Part shown: positions 62,301-64,000 of the stretch, piece after piece
Numbering within the stretch: position 1 is the stretch's first letter
How the letters are laid out: each line of letters opens with the position of its first letter
From: a virus
IMG/VR virus record: IMGVR_UViG_3300032322_002195
Coordinates: 44,838 to 108,837 of that record
Strand: one strand, 5' to 3'
Length of the DNA stretch: 64,000 nt
Translations under genes and position numbers: made by a program
Notes under the pieces: model-generated
Told to the model about the DNA's origin: nothing
The model's database searches: none
What the model saw: only the letters and a program-made list of their open reading frames with translations

Positions 62301-62664
62301 CCTAATTTGTTAAAATATGTTAAAAATTTGGTAATGTCAAAATTTGTTTGTACCTTTGTGCTTTAACTTTAATCTTGTCTATATGATTCGGTATGTTAAT
62401 AACTTTGTTGATAACTTCAAAAAGAAAAATTTGGTGGTTACAAAAAGTTTTCATACCTTTGCTTTCACTAACTTAACGTGTATTCTAACATGAAACGAAT
62501 TTAAATACATACATATCTCAAAAATTTAACACCCCTTAAATAAAGGTCGTGTTATGCCCACTCCATAAGGATGATGGGCTATTCGTGTTTGTCCATGTGG
62601 AACAATTCACCCTTTCCCAAAATTCTGGGAGAAAATTCTTAAAGAGTTTACGAAAGGTATTATG

Positions 62665-62782
62665 TTTTATAACTTTATATAACTTTATATACCTTTATAT
62701 AACTTTATATATCTTTATAGATTTTTATAGATGTGTGTTTATAGATTTTTATAGATGTTTATTTATGTTTTATAGATATTTT
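62665..62782. repeat. AT-rich ~10-bp periodic repeats
   Basis: AACTTTATAT/ACCTTTATAT/ATCTTTATAG/ATTTTTATAG units. Confidence 0.75.
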
Positions 62783-63181
62783 TTTTGTGGTCCTCTGGGT
62801 ATATTTTATAGGTTTTTGTAACCATTTGATTATCAATTCCTAATTTTCATTTAAATTCCAGACACATTTTCCCACTTTCTCCCACTTTTTTCCAGAAATT
62901 CTTAAAAATCCTCAAAAAAAGCTTAACGTGCTAACGTGGGTACGGTTTTGCTGGGGTTATGTACACAAATGTGTACATTTTTAGGGTATTACATTTAAAA
63001 TTTTATACAGTTTATGTGATATAGTTTTTATTATTAGGTTGTTATATAATATGGCACAATTTTTATTTTATTTTCTGGGTTTTTCACGTTATTTTTTTTA
63101 GGGTTATGGAATATTGTCAAATGGTGTTATATATTTTTTAATAGTAAAAATAGTTTATGTACACAAATGTGTACATTGGTT

Positions 63182-63409
63182 TTAAGTCAATCTATTTTTA
63201 GCCCGTCTAATTGGTCGAATGACAGAATTCCTTACTGAACGCCATACTGAATCAATTACTGAATCCCATACTGAACTCCCTACTGAATCCCTTACTGAAT
63301 CATATACTGAATCATCTACTGAATTCCATACTGAACGCCTTACTGAATTCCTTACTGAATTCCTTACTGACTTAATTATTTTACCTTTAACTGATTTACC
63401 TAGTTCCAT
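63182..63409 (-). CDS. SVxx tetrapeptide-repeat mini-protein
   Basis: MELGKSVKGKI-(SVxx)n-RPIRR. Confidence 0.7.
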   Translation of the reverse strand: MELGKSVKGKIIKSVRNSVRNSVRRSVWNSVDDSVYDSVRDSVGSSVWDSVIDSVWRSVRNSVIRPIRRAKNRLT

Positions 63410-63611
63410 TTATTATATTTTGAATTTGTCTGGTTACTGAATCCCTTACTGAAAGCCATACTGAATTACTTACTGAATCACTTACTGAATCATATACTGA
63501 ATCATCTACTAAATACCATACTGAACGCCTTACTGAACTCCGTACTGAATCACTTACTGAATTCGTTACTGAATTAGTTACTTTGCTTTTAACTGAATTA
63601 CCTAGTTTCAT
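63396..63611 (-). CDS. SVxx tetrapeptide-repeat mini-protein
   Basis: MKLGNSVKSKV-(SVxx)n; 14-nt overlap with next gene. Confidence 0.7.
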   Translation of the reverse strand: MKLGNSVKSKVTNSVTNSVSDSVRSSVRRSVWYLVDDSVYDSVSDSVSNSVWLSVRDSVTRQIQNIINGTR

Positions 63612-63753
63612 TTCTTATATTACGGGTTGGTCGCATGACCGAATCATTTATTGAATCTTGAATTGAGTTATATACTGAATTCGTCACTGAATCACTTACT
63701 GAATCATATACTGAATCTTTTACTGAATCACTTATTGATTTACCTAGTTTCAT
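63598..63753 (-). CDS. SVxx tetrapeptide-repeat mini-protein (51 aa, not in track)
   Basis: MKLGKSISDSVKDSVYDSVSDSVTNSVYNSIQDSINDSVMRPTRNIRNETR. Confidence 0.65.
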   Translation of the reverse strand: MKLGKSISDSVKDSVYDSVSDSVTNSVYNSIQDSINDSVMRPTRNIRNETR

Positions 63754-63967
63754 GTCTTATATTTCTGGTTGTTATGACTACTGAATCATATACTGAATTC
63801 CTTACTGAATCCAATACTGAACTCCGTACTGAATTCCATACTGAATTCCATACTGAATTAGTTAATGAATTAGTTAATGAATTAAATACTGAAATCATTA
63901 CTGAATTATTTAGTGAACGCCATACGGAATCACTTACTTTTTTATTTACTGGTTTACCTAGTTCCAT
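63740..63967 (-). CDS. SVxx tetrapeptide-repeat mini-protein
   Basis: MELGKPVNKKV-(SVxx)n-TRNIRHETR. Confidence 0.7.
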   Translation of the reverse strand: MELGKPVNKKVSDSVWRSLNNSVMISVFNSLTNSLTNSVWNSVWNSVRSSVLDSVRNSVYDSVVITTRNIRHETR

Positions 63968-64000
63968 TTTCTTATATTTCCAGTTGAATTATATACTGAA
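63958..64000 (-). CDS. SVxx mini-protein, 3' end only (array continues beyond window)
   Basis: ...SVYNSTGNIRKWN*. Confidence 0.55.
   Translation of the reverse strand, partial: SVYNSTGNIRKWN

Larger units (their letters stand above)
35437..62461. promoter_or_regulatory. ~50 copies of a Bacteroidota primary-sigma promoter repeat (AAATTTGGTAG-N~15-TAtcTTTG), mostly on minus strand
   Basis: seen on + as CAAAGATA-N19/20-CAAA(TTT), e.g. 41098-41128; also ~36547, 38870, 39957, 40254, 41418, 42297, 43524, 44238, 46058, 47716, 50022, 52464, 53364, 57033, 60116, 62100; plus-strand copies ~38023, 47786, 62198, 62327, 62429. Confidence 0.9.

Noticed and set aside
35437-62461. ~35-bp dispersed repeats as CRISPR repeats
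   Set aside because: Separated by whole genes of 150-900 bp and they match the Bacteroidota promoter consensus
55103-64000. SVxx 12-bp repeats as a CRISPR array or DGR target
   Set aside because: 7-bp constant and 5-bp variable parts are far too short for CRISPR; no cas or reverse transcriptase gene in the window; variation is not adenine-specific
1-64000. Stop-codon reassignment (as in some Bacteroidota jumbo phages)
   Set aside because: Portal, terminase, ThyA and ClpC are full length in the standard code; the two breaks seen are frame changes at homopolymers, not in-frame stops

Overview
AT-rich window from a large T4-like (jumbo-type) tailed phage read in the standard code. The host is most likely Bacteroidota, because about 50 TTTG-N19/21-TAnnTTTG promoters, SD-less leaders and a DUF4468-like gene are present. 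The left part (1-35 kb) is a core/late region. It has a gp20-like portal, a gp17-like large terminase, many putative head-internal proteins with (L/I/V)-x-E motifs, thyA, a ClpC-type ATPase, thioredoxin, glycosyltransferases, nucleases, a nucleotidyltransferase and two gene pairs joined by candidate -1 frameshifts. A non-coding origin-like locus follows at 35.1-35.5 kb (53-bp A-tract repeats, a G-tract, an apparent G/C skew switch). The right part (35.6-62.3 kb) is an array of small genes, most with their own copy of a ~35-bp host-type promoter repeat. The most notable items are: (i) three consecutive integron-like cassettes with attC-like sites and no integrase in the window; (ii) several tRNA-like RNAs with non-canonical central arms, a ~450-nt structured RNA candidate and one true tRNA(CAT); (iii) at least 10 paralogous mini-genes made of a 12-bp TTCAGTA-N5 (Ser-Val-x-x) repeat, in the same region as a DUF6745/DUF6878/DUF6915-like cluster; (iv) a three-copy promoter-driven element whose outer copies flank the array in inverted orientation. 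All family assignments are from motif recognition by eye, not database searches.
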